A stretch of DNA of 64,000 nt from an uncultured Candidatus Saccharibacteria bacterium (GCA_964434195.1 CAYSUI010000001.1:79833-143832), one strand, 5' to 3'. Shown: positions 39,206-48,974, counted from the stretch's first letter. Translations and numbers: made by a program. The notes: generated by a model from the sequence alone, not told the origin.

Positions 39206-39520
39206 CCTTTCCCCCTTTTAGATTTGAATTTTTGCTTTTTTAAGTTTGAGCTTCAGAAACAAACATATAATTATACAGTAAATATCCAATCTTTGCAAGG
39301 TAACATGAAAATGAATTCTTTTCAACGTAAAAAACAAAACTACACTCTTAGAGACGCGAGTGGAAAAATATTATTTGTCGGAAACCTAAGACAGATAAGA
39401 CGTAGATTCTCAAGCATATACCCCGATATACCTTTACGGGTTTTGGGAGTATTTACAAACAATAAAATTATTATAGAGGAAGTTGTTGAGAAGAAAAAAT
39501 CTAGAACCTATACTGAAAGC

Positions 39521-41323
39521 ATGGAGCAACTGAAAAATAAAATTAAAGACTTACCAACTAACCCTGGGGTTTATCTTTTTAAAGATTCTGAGGGGAATGT
39601 TTTGTATGTGGGCAAAGCAAAGAACTTAAAAAACAGAGTGGGTCAATATTTTGGACACGACGATAGGGCGCAAATTCCCTTTCTAGTTTCCGAAGCTGTG
39701 GACGTTGAAGTAACAGTTACAGAGAGTGAACTAGAAAGTCTTTTTTTAGAAAATACACTTATTAAACAGTATTTACCCAAATACAACATAAAACTCCGAG
39801 ATGACAAAAATTATGCATTCATACAGATAGATTACAATTTCCAGATACCTCAGATAACCTATACCAGGAAAATAACCAAGGAGAAAAACTCCAAATTTTT
39901 TGGGCCTTTTTCTTCGACTCTTAAAATTAGAAGAACACTAGATTTCATACGTAAAATATTTCCTTATTGTGCAAACAAGGAAATCGGAAAGAGACCCTGT
40001 TTTTACTATTTCTTGCATAGATGTCCTGGTGTGTGTGTAGGAAAAGTAAGCCTCGAGGAATATCGGGGTAATTTAGATAAAATTCAATTATTCCTCTCTG
40101 GAAAGACTGAGAAAGTTTCAAGCGAATTGAAAGGAGAGATGAAAAAAGCCTCTGACGAGCAAAAATATGAATTAGCGGGTAAGCTACGAGATCAATACCA
40201 GGCACTTTTACTTCTTCAGGAAAGACAAATTGTTCAATTTCCCAAGAGGGTGGATTGGGATTTTATTTCCGTATTCAAAGAAGGGTCTAATTCCTGTATT
40301 AATCTGTTCAAAATTCGCGAAGGAAAGATGATCGATAAAGAAAACTTCATTTATTCTGATCTTTCGCAGGGGAAAATAGGTGCTATAAATGTATTCTTGA
40401 GTAATTACTATGCGGATACAACCGATTTACCTAGGGAAATATATTTAGAGGAGAAATTACAAGATCAGTCTGTACTTGAAATGATCAACAGCAGGGCTGG
40501 TAAAAAAATTCCGGTATCTGTGCCGACTCGTGGGAAAAAACTTAGTTTGATTAAACTGGGCGTAGTAAATGCTGAACAATTTTTACATAAATGGGAAGGC
40601 GGAAACGCGCAGAATATGGATAAACTCAAGGTTGCCTTGGGAACACTCCAGCAAATTTTGAAATTACCTACCCTTCCACGAAGGATTGAAGGTTACGATA
40701 TTAGCAACATACAAGGAACAAACCCGGTGGGAAGCATGGTAGTCTCAAAAGATGGCCTACCTGCAAAAAGCGAATATAGGAAATTTAAAATTAATATAAA
40801 AGATACCCCAGATGATTTTGCAATGATGGGCGAAATGCTAAGCAGACGCCTAGGGCATCTGCAGAATGAAGAATATAGAATAAAGAACAAAGAAAAAATA
40901 CCTTGGGAGGACCCGGATTTAATTGTAATAGATGGTGGTAAGGGACAACTCTCGGCGGTGTTAAAAGTATTTAAGGAACACAAGGTCAATATCCCTGTTA
41001 TAGGATTGGCGAAGAGAATCGAAGAGATTTTTTTACCAAATAATAGTGAACCGATTGTCTTATCTCATGATGAACCTGCTCTTCAAATTCTTCAGCGGTT
41101 GAGAGACGAAGCGCATAGATTTGCTATAACCTTTCATAGGAGCAGGAGAAGTAAGGAAGCGGTAAAGTCTGAATTGGACAAAATTTCTGGCGTAGGCCCT
41201 AAAACCAAAAAACTACTAAAAAATAAGTTTGGTACTATAAAAAATATCAGATCTGCGAGCCTAGAAGAAATAGCAAGTATAGTAGGAAAAGATAAAGCTT
41301 TGAAAATAAAAAAGAGCCTTTAG
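39521..41323 (+). CDS. uvrC: excinuclease ABC subunit C
   Basis: GIY-YIG domain (GVYLFKDSEGNVLYVGKAKNLKNRVGQYF), UvrBC-interaction region, RNase H-like endonuclease domain, and C-terminal (HhH)2 (ISGVGPKTKKLL). Start is at the Met preceding the GIY-YIG. The in-frame ORF extends upstream to 39200. Confidence 0.9.
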   Translation: MEQLKNKIKDLPTNPGVYLFKDSEGNVLYVGKAKNLKNRVGQYFGHDDRAQIPFLVSEAVDVEVTVTESELESLFLENTLIKQYLPKYNIKLRDDKNYAFIQIDYNFQIPQITYTRKITKEKNSKFFGPFSSTLKIRRTLDFIRKIFPYCANKEIGKRPCFYYFLHRCPGVCVGKVSLEEYRGNLDKIQLFLSGKTEKVSSELKGEMKKASDEQKYELAGKLRDQYQALLLLQERQIVQFPKRVDWDFISVFKEGSNSCINLFKIREGKMIDKENFIYSDLSQGKIGAINVFLSNYYADTTDLPREIYLEEKLQDQSVLEMINSRAGKKIPVSVPTRGKKLSLIKLGVVNAEQFLHKWEGGNAQNMDKLKVALGTLQQILKLPTLPRRIEGYDISNIQGTNPVGSMVVSKDGLPAKSEYRKFKINIKDTPDDFAMMGEMLSRRLGHLQNEEYRIKNKEKIPWEDPDLIVIDGGKGQLSAVLKVFKEHKVNIPVIGLAKRIEEIFLPNNSEPIVLSHDEPALQILQRLRDEAHRFAITFHRSRRSKEAVKSELDKISGVGPKTKKLLKNKFGTIKNIRSASLEEIASIVGKDKALKIKKSL

Positions 41324-41334
41324 TAAAGGCATCA

Positions 41335-41577
41335 TTACAGAATAATAACTCTTGCGAGATCCTGATCTTCTTGTCTTATGTATACTTCAACCCCTTCGGC
41401 TAAGAGGGGTTGAATTTTTTTAACCAATTCACACATTCTTACTATCCCATCTGCTTTTGAGCGAGCTTTTAATAGACTAACCACCTCATCCAAAAGATCC
41501 GACTCTTCCTTTGTGAGCTCGGCTTGAAATCTGGTTAGACTTTTTTTACCTCTAGAATTTTTCCGTTTTACCAACAT
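41335..41577 (-). CDS. hypothetical small protein
   Basis: 80-aa ORF. Confidence 0.35.
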   Translation of the reverse strand: MLVKRKNSRGKKSLTRFQAELTKEESDLLDEVVSLLKARSKADGIVRMCELVKKIQPLLAEGVEVYIRQEDQDLARVIIL

Positions 41578-41740
41578 AAACCCTCCTATGACACTATATA
41601 GAGATTGAGTATAAATGTAGCAGGAAAACAGCTTTTGTACAGCCCTGAAAAACAGCTTGACTTAGATAGGATAAAATCACTATAATAAGTGAGTCATTTT
41701 TAGTTTTGAGGGAAATAAACTTTAATTCATTTATTACTTT

Positions 41741-41968
41741 ATGAAGCAATTACCGCAAATACTTTCGCTAGTAAATATGGGGGTTATGGTAGTACTTATT
41801 ATTTTTATCGCGCTTCAGAATAAATCTAGTGGTCTTTCAAACATATTTGGCGGACAAGGTGTTGTCCAAACCAGGAGAGGTTTTGAAAAATGGTTATTTT
41901 TTGGAACCATAGCTTTAGCCGTAGTATTTGCAGGTCTTTCTCTGACTTCTGTATTCCTATCCAAGTAA
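41741..41968 (+). CDS. secG: preprotein translocase subunit SecG
   Basis: 75 aa with two TM helices. The LQNKSSGLSNIFGGQG...RRGFE pattern matches the SecG signature (LQxxKGxGL..FGG....RG.E). Confidence 0.7.
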   Translation: MKQLPQILSLVNMGVMVVLIIFIALQNKSSGLSNIFGGQGVVQTRRGFEKWLFFGTIALAVVFAGLSLTSVFLSK

Positions 41969-41975
41969 ACAACTC

Positions 41976-43727
41976 GTGAATTTACAAATTCATAATTCAA
42001 TAGATTATTTTCGAAAAGTTCCTAAAGGGATTCGAGAGATAAAAAGACTGAACCTTTCCACCCTGCGGAAAGTTTTTTCATTAATGGGTAAATATGAGCG
42101 AATCATATTTAGCGTACTTGTAATTACCGCAATATTATCTGCCTGGCTTGCTGCTAAGGGTTTTTATAATGAGCATACTGTACTCGCACCAAATTACGGT
42201 GGTACTTATAGAGAAGGTATGGTTGGTCAACCAAGACTTATAAACCCCGTCCTTGCTACTAGCAACGTAGATAACTCACTTGTTAGACTCATATATTCTG
42301 GACTTTACACTTACAACGAAAAAGGTGAATTAGTCCCTGACCTAGCTGTTGACCAACCCAAAATTTCAGAGGACCAGAAAGAATATACTGTAACAATAAG
42401 GCCAAATGCAAAATTTCATAACGATAGAGCGGTAACGGCTGATGATGTCATTTATACAATCAAAACCATCCAGGACCCGTCGTTTAAAAGCCCACTTAGG
42501 AGTGACTGGTTAAATACTACAGTAGAAAAAGTGAGCGAAAACGAGATTAGGTTCAAAAACAAGAATGTATCTGCTCCATTCTTAAATAATTTAACTTTGT
42601 CCATTTTACCTTCCAGAATTTGGAACCAGACATCGGCTGATAACTTTCCTTTGTCTGACGCAAACCTTAAACCCATTGGTAGCGGACCTTATTTAATTAG
42701 AGAAATAAATAAATTACCAAGCGGCGACGTTCAAAAAATTACCCTTGAAAGCTACAAAGACTATACCGGCGGTAAAGCTTTTATAGATAGAATTGTGGTA
42801 GTTTTTTATGAAAATCTAGATTCTGTTTATAAAGCATATAAGAGCGGTGAGGTCTCGGGCTTTGCTTATATACCATATACACAGAATGCAGAGGTTGAAG
42901 AAAAAATTAACACCAATAACTCTAGTGAATATATTCCCCTACCACAGTATCAAGCACTCTTCTTTAATGTGGAGAACAAAGTACTTTCTGATAAACAAAT
43001 AAGAAAAGCATTAAGGCAAGTTGTACCCAAGAAAGAAATTATTTCTAAGGCTTTTGACGGCCAGGCCAAGGAAATCAACATCCCTATCTTACCTGAACAA
43101 ATAGGCTACAAGGCTATTCCAGAACCTGTATCTGATATTACATCCGTAAACCTACTGCTCGATAATTTAGGTTATACAGTTAACGAGAATGGTATTCGTG
43201 CAAAAAAAGGACAACTCTTAGAATTTACTATTGTAACAAACGATACTCCTATAAATGTCAAAACGGCTGAACTGGTCGCCAATGAATGGAAAAAGCTAAA
43301 TATTAAAGTTAACGTCTCTACTATGCCTACTAGAGAACTAACCGAGAATTTCATTAGACCTAGAAGTTTTGATGTTCTTATTTTTGGACAAAAAAGCCTT
43401 GCAGATCCTGACCCCTTCGCTTACTGGCATAGTAGTCAAATTAAAGATCCGGGTCTCAATGTAAGCGGTTTTGCAAATAGCGAAGTAGACAGCTTAATCA
43501 CCGAGGCTAGAAGTACAATACTGCCAGAGATAAGACAAGATAGATATGAAAGATTTTTGGAAATATTAGATGAAGAATCCCCTGCCGTGTTTCTTAACCA
43601 AGGAGTATTGGTTTATTTAACGAACCCAGAAATCCACAGAGTAAATTTATCCGGTCTTTATGATATATCTTACAGATTTGACCAGATAAGCAAGTGGTAT
43701 ATAAAGGAAAAAAGAGTACTCAGGTAA
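41976..43727 (+). CDS. ABC transporter substrate-binding protein, family 5 (peptide/nickel-type), membrane-anchored
   Basis: N-terminal TM anchor. Bipartite family-5 solute-binding protein fold signature regions. 583 aa. Confidence 0.6.
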   Translation: MNLQIHNSIDYFRKVPKGIREIKRLNLSTLRKVFSLMGKYERIIFSVLVITAILSAWLAAKGFYNEHTVLAPNYGGTYREGMVGQPRLINPVLATSNVDNSLVRLIYSGLYTYNEKGELVPDLAVDQPKISEDQKEYTVTIRPNAKFHNDRAVTADDVIYTIKTIQDPSFKSPLRSDWLNTTVEKVSENEIRFKNKNVSAPFLNNLTLSILPSRIWNQTSADNFPLSDANLKPIGSGPYLIREINKLPSGDVQKITLESYKDYTGGKAFIDRIVVVFYENLDSVYKAYKSGEVSGFAYIPYTQNAEVEEKINTNNSSEYIPLPQYQALFFNVENKVLSDKQIRKALRQVVPKKEIISKAFDGQAKEINIPILPEQIGYKAIPEPVSDITSVNLLLDNLGYTVNENGIRAKKGQLLEFTIVTNDTPINVKTAELVANEWKKLNIKVNVSTMPTRELTENFIRPRSFDVLIFGQKSLADPDPFAYWHSSQIKDPGLNVSGFANSEVDSLITEARSTILPEIRQDRYERFLEILDEESPAVFLNQGVLVYLTNPEIHRVNLSGLYDISYRFDQISKWYIKEKRVLR

Positions 43728-43741
43728 TCTTTATAATACCT

Positions 43742-43828
43742 GGGCCAGTGGTGAAATTGGCATACACGTACGCTTCAGGTGCGTATGAGCGCAAGCTCGT
43801 GAGGGTTCAAGTCCCTCTTGGCCCACCA
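43742..43828 (+). tRNA. tRNA-Leu (anticodon CAG), long variable arm, CCA encoded
   Basis: Acceptor GGGCCAG/TTGGCCC, anticodon stem TACGC/GCGTA with loop TTCAGGT, long variable arm, T-loop TTCAAGT, 3' ACCA. Confidence 0.85.
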
Positions 43829-43920
43829 ACAAAAATAACGAGAAGTATTCTCGTTGTTTTTGTTTTCAGAAAAAAAAATACCCCAGTTAATTTACCAGGG
43901 CTGTCTTTCGACAAAAATAA

Positions 43921-44003
43921 TCTCGGTGAGGGGATTTGAACCCCTATGGATTTCTCCACACGCTCCTAAGGCGTGCGCGTCTACCTAGTTTCGCCACACC
44001 GAG
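43921..44003 (-). tRNA. tRNA-Leu (anticodon TAG), long variable arm
   Basis: Reverse complement: acceptor CTCGGTG/CACCGAG, anticodon stem CACGC/GCGTG with loop CTTAGGA, long variable arm, T-loop TTCAAAT. No encoded CCA. Confidence 0.85.
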
Positions 44004-44006
44004 AAA

Positions 44007-44080
44007 CGCTTCAGGAGGGACTCGAACCCACGACCCTCGGTTTAGGAAACCGATGCTCTATCCTTCTGAGCTACTGAAGC
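44007..44080 (-). tRNA. tRNA-Arg (anticodon CCT)
   Basis: Reverse complement: acceptor GCTTCAG/CTGAAGC, anticodon stem TCGGT/ACCGA with loop TTCCTAA, T-loop TTCGAGT. 3 nt from the previous tRNA. Confidence 0.8.
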
Positions 44081-44082
44081 AA

Positions 44083-44155
44083 TGCTCCCCACGGGACTTG
44101 AACCCGCAACCAGCCGATTATGAGTCGGATGCTCTAACCATTGAGCTAAGGGAGC
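44083..44155 (-). tRNA. tRNA-Met (anticodon CAT, elongator or Ile2-type)
   Basis: Reverse complement: acceptor GCTCCCT/GGGGAGC, anticodon loop CTCATAA, T-loop TTCAAGT. Lacks the three consecutive G-C pairs of an initiator anticodon stem. Confidence 0.8.
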
Positions 44156-44178
44156 TGAAATGAATTCCTCCTAATAAA

Positions 44179-44250
44179 TATCCCGGGAGGGACTTGAACC
44201 CCCGACCACCTGCTTGTAACGCAGACGCTCTACCACTGAGCTACCGGGAC
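44179..44250 (-). tRNA. tRNA-Val (anticodon TAC)
   Basis: Reverse complement: acceptor GTCCCGG/CCGGGAT, D-arm GCTC..GAGC, anticodon stem TCTGC/GCAGG with loop GTTACAA, T-loop TTCAAGT. Confidence 0.75.
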
Positions 44251-44560
44251 TGAATTAAAGCAAAGAATAATATACTTTTTTATCTTTGTCAATACTGTTT
44301 GACCGGTACTCATTCTTGTGCTATAGTGTTTGTGTAATTTGTAAGCGAAAGCTTGGACCCCCTTATTCTAGGGGAAAAAAACTATGTTTTCGCTTGTTAA
44401 TTACTTTAATAAATAGTAAGTGTGAGCCGGCTGCGGAGGCTGCTCCCTTACGAAAAACAAGGAACGCGGGAAGCGTCTTGAATAATAGATTCTGAGCTTT
44501 TTGCGTTTAAAAATAGGGCTCTAAGATTTACTTAGACCCAAGAAAGGAACGAATTAATTA

Positions 44561-46405
44561 ATGATCAGTGATTCTGATACAAAAAATATGACTGACCGCC
44601 CCGGGAGTGGTTCTCGTATTAGCCGTATGATAGGGAGCAGGCCTAGACCTACAACCCCTCAGCGTACAACAAACAATCCCGAAACCTCAGCAGTAGCAAC
44701 TGCTGTCCAGCCAACTAGCAGATATACACAATCTCGCACCAATTTAAAAATTACACCTTTTGGTGGCCTAGAAGAAGTAGGTGCGAATATGATGGTATAT
44801 GAGTTTGGGGAAGATATTATTATTGTCGATATGGGACTAGCATTTCCAGATGAAACCACTCCAGGTATCGACTATATAATTCCTGACACCAAATGGCTTG
44901 AAGAAAGAAAGCGCAATATCCGTGGAATTCTTATAACTCACGGACACATGGACCACATAGGAGCTATTCCTTATATCTTACCTAAAATAGGTGATCCACC
45001 TATTTACACACTCGCCCTCTCCGCTGGGCTTATTCGTAAGCGTTTGGAAGAGTTTAATATGGCAAGTCGTGCCAAAATAAATGTTATTACTAAAGATGAT
45101 ATTTTACCTTTAGGTGCATTTAAAATTAGACCATTTATAGTTAACCACAATATTCCTGATTCTGTTGGATTCTGTATTTCCACTCCAGTTGGACAAGTTG
45201 TTCACACTGGTGACTGGAAATTAGATCATACTCCGGTTAACGAAAAGCCTACTGAGTTTCATAAAATTGCTCGTTTTGGTAGCGAAGGGGTCATGCTTCT
45301 TTGTTCAGACTCAACTAACGCCGCTAAACCCGGTTATTGTCAGTCTGAGAAAGAACTAGGTATTACCATAGACAGAACTTTTTCTGAAGCAAAGGGTAGA
45401 GTGATTTTTGCTTCATTCTCATCTTTAGTTTCTCGTATGCAACAGGTTATAGATATATCTGCCAAGTACAACAGAAAAGTATTGGTTACCGGAAGAAGCA
45501 TGGTAAATAACCTAGAAGTAGCTATGGCTGTTGGTGCGATAAAAATTCCACCAAAACTTATAATTAAGTCTGAACAAGCAAAAAAGTATCCAGATAACCA
45601 AATCACCATACTTACAACTGGTGCCCAGGGTGAAGAAGCAGCTGGCCTTGCAAGAATGGCAAGAGGCGAACATAAAACTGTTCGTATTAAGCAGGGTGAT
45701 ACTGTAGTAATATCCGCCTCCCCTATTCCAGGTAATGAAAGAAGTATAGTTGCTGTACTAGATAACCTAATCCGCGAAGGCGCAAACGTTATCTATAATA
45801 AAGTATTAGATATTCACACATCCGGACACGCACAACAGGAAGAACTTAAACTTATGATGAGTTTAGTTAAACCAAAGTTCTTTATGCCCATACACGGCGA
45901 ACACCATATGCTTGCTACCCATGGTAAGTTGGCACAATCTATTGGTTTTACTGATGACCGCATAAAAATAATGGAAAATGGTGACACCTTAGAAATAAAT
46001 TCTGCTGGTGAAGCCAAGAGAATTGAAAACGCAGTACCTACAGGATATGTATTCGTAGATGGCCTTGGTGTGGGAGATGTAGGAGAAGTTGTTATTCGTG
46101 ATAGACAAGTAATGGCCACAGACGGTATGTTTGTAATAATACTTACCCTAGATCGAAGAAGCGGTAAAATGGTTAACCAACCAGACATACTCTCCAGAGG
46201 CTTCATTTACATGAAGAACAACGAAGATATTATTCGCGAAGTAAAACATGAGGTTAGAAAAATGGTAGACACTCATGGGAATAAGAAAAACCTTGAACCT
46301 AACTGGGCATACCTTAGACAAGTAGTTAGAGACGAAATTGGTGAATATCTATTTCAAAAAACTAACCGCAGACCAATGATTCTACCAGTAGTTATAGAGG
46401 TCTAA
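44561..46405 (+). CDS. rnj: ribonuclease J (metallo-beta-lactamase / beta-CASP family)
   Basis: HGHMDHIGAIPYIL (HxHxDH), beta-CASP motifs, and C-terminal domain. About 60-aa S/T/P/R-rich N-terminal extension before the conserved ITPFGGLEEVGANMMVYE start. Confidence 0.9.
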   Translation: MISDSDTKNMTDRPGSGSRISRMIGSRPRPTTPQRTTNNPETSAVATAVQPTSRYTQSRTNLKITPFGGLEEVGANMMVYEFGEDIIIVDMGLAFPDETTPGIDYIIPDTKWLEERKRNIRGILITHGHMDHIGAIPYILPKIGDPPIYTLALSAGLIRKRLEEFNMASRAKINVITKDDILPLGAFKIRPFIVNHNIPDSVGFCISTPVGQVVHTGDWKLDHTPVNEKPTEFHKIARFGSEGVMLLCSDSTNAAKPGYCQSEKELGITIDRTFSEAKGRVIFASFSSLVSRMQQVIDISAKYNRKVLVTGRSMVNNLEVAMAVGAIKIPPKLIIKSEQAKKYPDNQITILTTGAQGEEAAGLARMARGEHKTVRIKQGDTVVISASPIPGNERSIVAVLDNLIREGANVIYNKVLDIHTSGHAQQEELKLMMSLVKPKFFMPIHGEHHMLATHGKLAQSIGFTDDRIKIMENGDTLEINSAGEAKRIENAVPTGYVFVDGLGVGDVGEVVIRDRQVMATDGMFVIILTLDRRSGKMVNQPDILSRGFIYMKNNEDIIREVKHEVRKMVDTHGNKKNLEPNWAYLRQVVRDEIGEYLFQKTNRRPMILPVVIEV

Positions 46406-46448
46406 GGAAACGATAAATAAAACCCCCTCAGTCAGAGGGGGTTTTATT

Positions 46449-48944
46449 TTACTTGATTGGGTCAGCGAGTGTGTAAGACCCTACTGATCCTTGGAGAACT
46501 TTTAGCTTTCGCTTATTGGTTCTTAAATATTCGGTGTAGCTACGTAGGGTTGTGAAAGGGTGTAAACCGTCTGGCTGAACCAAATATATTGCGGGAGCAT
46601 CCTTAAACTTAACTATATCCCCACCCTTAACACCTTCGGGCAATGAAACTTGAACCCCGAGAATACTCCCCTCTTCTTCTAAAACGGACTGTGCGGAATC
46701 GGAAAAGATAGTAAACTTTTCTGGATTATCTTTTATTACCCTTAGCCGTTTATTTGTTTTGTTTAAATAATTTTTGTAAGAAGTGTAAGTATCGAATGGG
46801 TACAAACCTTCTGGTTTTACTAAGTAAACAGTCGGTTTGTTATTGAATTTTATAAGATCACCTTCTGCTACCGCATAAGGAAGCACGACTCCGTTCGTTA
46901 CCACCTGACCAAGAGTACTAAATGACTCATCATGGTAAATTGCTAAATTTCCCGAAGCGTCTTTACTAGTAACCCTAAAGTGGTAAGTTGTGTTCCTCTT
47001 GAGATTCTTTAGAGTGAACCTATGGTTAAGAGTTAGGGCACTTTGAATTCCGGTTTTTTTGCCATAATTTGTACTTGTACCATATTCAACTTGACCATCC
47101 GCTGGCTCGTTTGTGTCCCAGGATATAACAGCACTACTCCTGGTTACTTCGGTTATCTGCAGGTTTGTTATTTGCGGTGGTGTAGTATCTACAGGTGATG
47201 GCGGAGGAGGAGTAGGTGTTGGAGTTGGTGTTGGAGTAGGTGTTGGAGTTGGTGTTGGAGTTGGGGTTGGGGTTGGAGTTGGGGTTGGGGTTGGAGTTGG
47301 GGTTGGGGTTGGAGTTGGAGTGGGTGTTGAACCTTGGGCAGTAAGTATTGCGTCTACATTAGCTCCTAAATCTTTTGCGTCAGTACCTGCATTTTTATAA
47401 GTGGAAGTACTGAGCAAGCGGTAATCGCCACCAATTCCATTATTATAATTCACAAATCCAATTGCACTGAAACTAGCTGGAGAGAAATTTCCTGAAGGAT
47501 ACACAGCGGAATTGCTTCCAACAATTGCATTCTTCTGAAAAACATAACCCGGCATATAATTGTTCAAAGTATCAGTACCAGATCCACGATTATCTCCTTT
47601 GAATCCATATGGACCTTCTGCAAGGATATTATTAGTGAATGTAAAATTTGTGGTCTGATCTCCATAAACTGAGCCTGCATTCCCGCTATTAAAAACGGTG
47701 TTGTGGTCCAAAGTTAACCCATTGACCCCACTAATCTGAACAAATACTCCATTTCCACCATACTTTCCACCGTCGATATCCTCAAAAACATTGTTTACAA
47801 TCGCAACATTATTTAATCTTACAGCTGTTTTTCCACCATAAGCTTCTATGCCTGCGAGATTAATACCTGCACCACTCCGTTTAACAATATTATTCGAAAA
47901 AGTAATATCACCGCTATGACAAAGATCACACCCACCATCTTGATTGGTCGATTTTAAAATCATAGCATAACCACTCTGTGCATCTGCCCAATTATTCTCG
48001 AAAATATTTCCATCTATCAGCATCCTTTGGGCGTTTTTAGTTTCGAACAAATTTTTTACGGTCCAATGATAACCTTTATACGAAGGGTCTCCTACTCTCC
48101 AATCAAAAGGTTTTTTGAAATGATTTCTCCTAATCTCAAAATCTGAAGGGACCAATCCGGCTATCGTAGGATCTGCGCCTCCAAAAATTATATTTTCCCC
48201 TGCTCCTTCTAGGTAGTTATTTACGATCTTGAAAGGACCACTACCGTTCCAACCCGCTATTGCCTGTGAATCTGCTCCTATTTCATGACAATCAGAAACA
48301 TATGAATCTATTACAGCTGTACTAGCACTGTTTAAAGCGAAGCATCTTCTAACATTTTGTGTTGGTGATCCATGAACGTAAACTCGATCAAAAATAAGAT
48401 TATGAGGAAGATTACTCACAGAAGTTTCGTCGTTCCCTAATCTAACCAAACCATATTGAGTAAAACCGCCTGCGTTTGCGTCCGCAACTGCACTAGAAGT
48501 TAGACTAATTTCAACGCCGATAAATCGATAGTGGTGAGCGCCAGGACTAGTCGTAATAGCCCCTGCTACGTTTGGAGTAAGGATTTTAGCCATTTGGCTT
48601 GAGCTAGAAGGAGTCACACGAACCCCCTCTGCCCCACTAAAACCCTGAGTGGTAATTACAATCCAGGAATTTCCTGATTTATTAGGTAAATTAAAGTTTC
48701 CAGTGTACGTAGCACCAGGAGCTAGTGAAATAATCGTACCCGGTGCCGCATTATCTATTGCTGCTTGCAGGTCCCCACCGGATGCAAGGTTTATAGTAGG
48801 CCCCGAAGGTGCTGTATATGATGTATTCAGATAAGCCTGGGGTAATGCTGGAGTCACCGCAGCGTAAACAGGTGACTTATTAGGTAGTATTGCAGCAGCT
48901 ACGAGGATTACAAGACCTAAAAGCATAGAAGGGGTTCTTCTCAT
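46449..48944 (-). CDS. secreted surface protein: signal peptide, right-handed beta-helix, (TP)n linker, FN3-like domain, duplicated C-terminal domain
   Basis: Signal peptide MRRTPSMLLGLVILVAAAIL. Parallel beta-helix repeats (NNVFEDIDGG.., NNILAEG..). About 25 TP repeats. FN3-like segment (VEYGTSTNYG...TTYHFRVTSKDASGN). Two repeats of GDhhKFxxxPxhYLVxPxGLxPF. Confidence 0.65.
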   Translation of the reverse strand: MRRTPSMLLGLVILVAAAILPNKSPVYAAVTPALPQAYLNTSYTAPSGPTINLASGGDLQAAIDNAAPGTIISLAPGATYTGNFNLPNKSGNSWIVITTQGFSGAEGVRVTPSSSSQMAKILTPNVAGAITTSPGAHHYRFIGVEISLTSSAVADANAGGFTQYGLVRLGNDETSVSNLPHNLIFDRVYVHGSPTQNVRRCFALNSASTAVIDSYVSDCHEIGADSQAIAGWNGSGPFKIVNNYLEGAGENIIFGGADPTIAGLVPSDFEIRRNHFKKPFDWRVGDPSYKGYHWTVKNLFETKNAQRMLIDGNIFENNWADAQSGYAMILKSTNQDGGCDLCHSGDITFSNNIVKRSGAGINLAGIEAYGGKTAVRLNNVAIVNNVFEDIDGGKYGGNGVFVQISGVNGLTLDHNTVFNSGNAGSVYGDQTTNFTFTNNILAEGPYGFKGDNRGSGTDTLNNYMPGYVFQKNAIVGSNSAVYPSGNFSPASFSAIGFVNYNNGIGGDYRLLSTSTYKNAGTDAKDLGANVDAILTAQGSTPTPTPTPTPTPTPTPTPTPTPTPTPTPTPTPTPTPTPTPPPPSPVDTTPPQITNLQITEVTRSSAVISWDTNEPADGQVEYGTSTNYGKKTGIQSALTLNHRFTLKNLKRNTTYHFRVTSKDASGNLAIYHDESFSTLGQVVTNGVVLPYAVAEGDLIKFNNKPTVYLVKPEGLYPFDTYTSYKNYLNKTNKRLRVIKDNPEKFTIFSDSAQSVLEEEGSILGVQVSLPEGVKGGDIVKFKDAPAIYLVQPDGLHPFTTLRSYTEYLRTNKRKLKVLQGSVGSYTLADPIK
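47211..47335. repeat. 12-nt tandem repeat (ggtgttggagtt)n encoding the Thr-Pro linker
   Basis: About ten near-perfect tandem 12-mers on the plus strand, complementary to ACNCCN codons on the coding strand. Confidence 0.8.
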
Positions 48945-48974
48945 AATGTATTCTATTATTTATCTATATTTTTT

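Noticed and set aside
43694-44163. Track ORFs 43694..43939 and 43936..44163
   Set aside because: Both lie on top of the tRNA-Leu, tRNA-Arg and tRNA-Met genes. Their translations are low-complexity, so they are spurious.
47113-47400. Plus-strand ORF encoding (GV)n
   Set aside because: This is the antisense reading of the TP-repeat microsatellite within the 831-aa surface protein gene.
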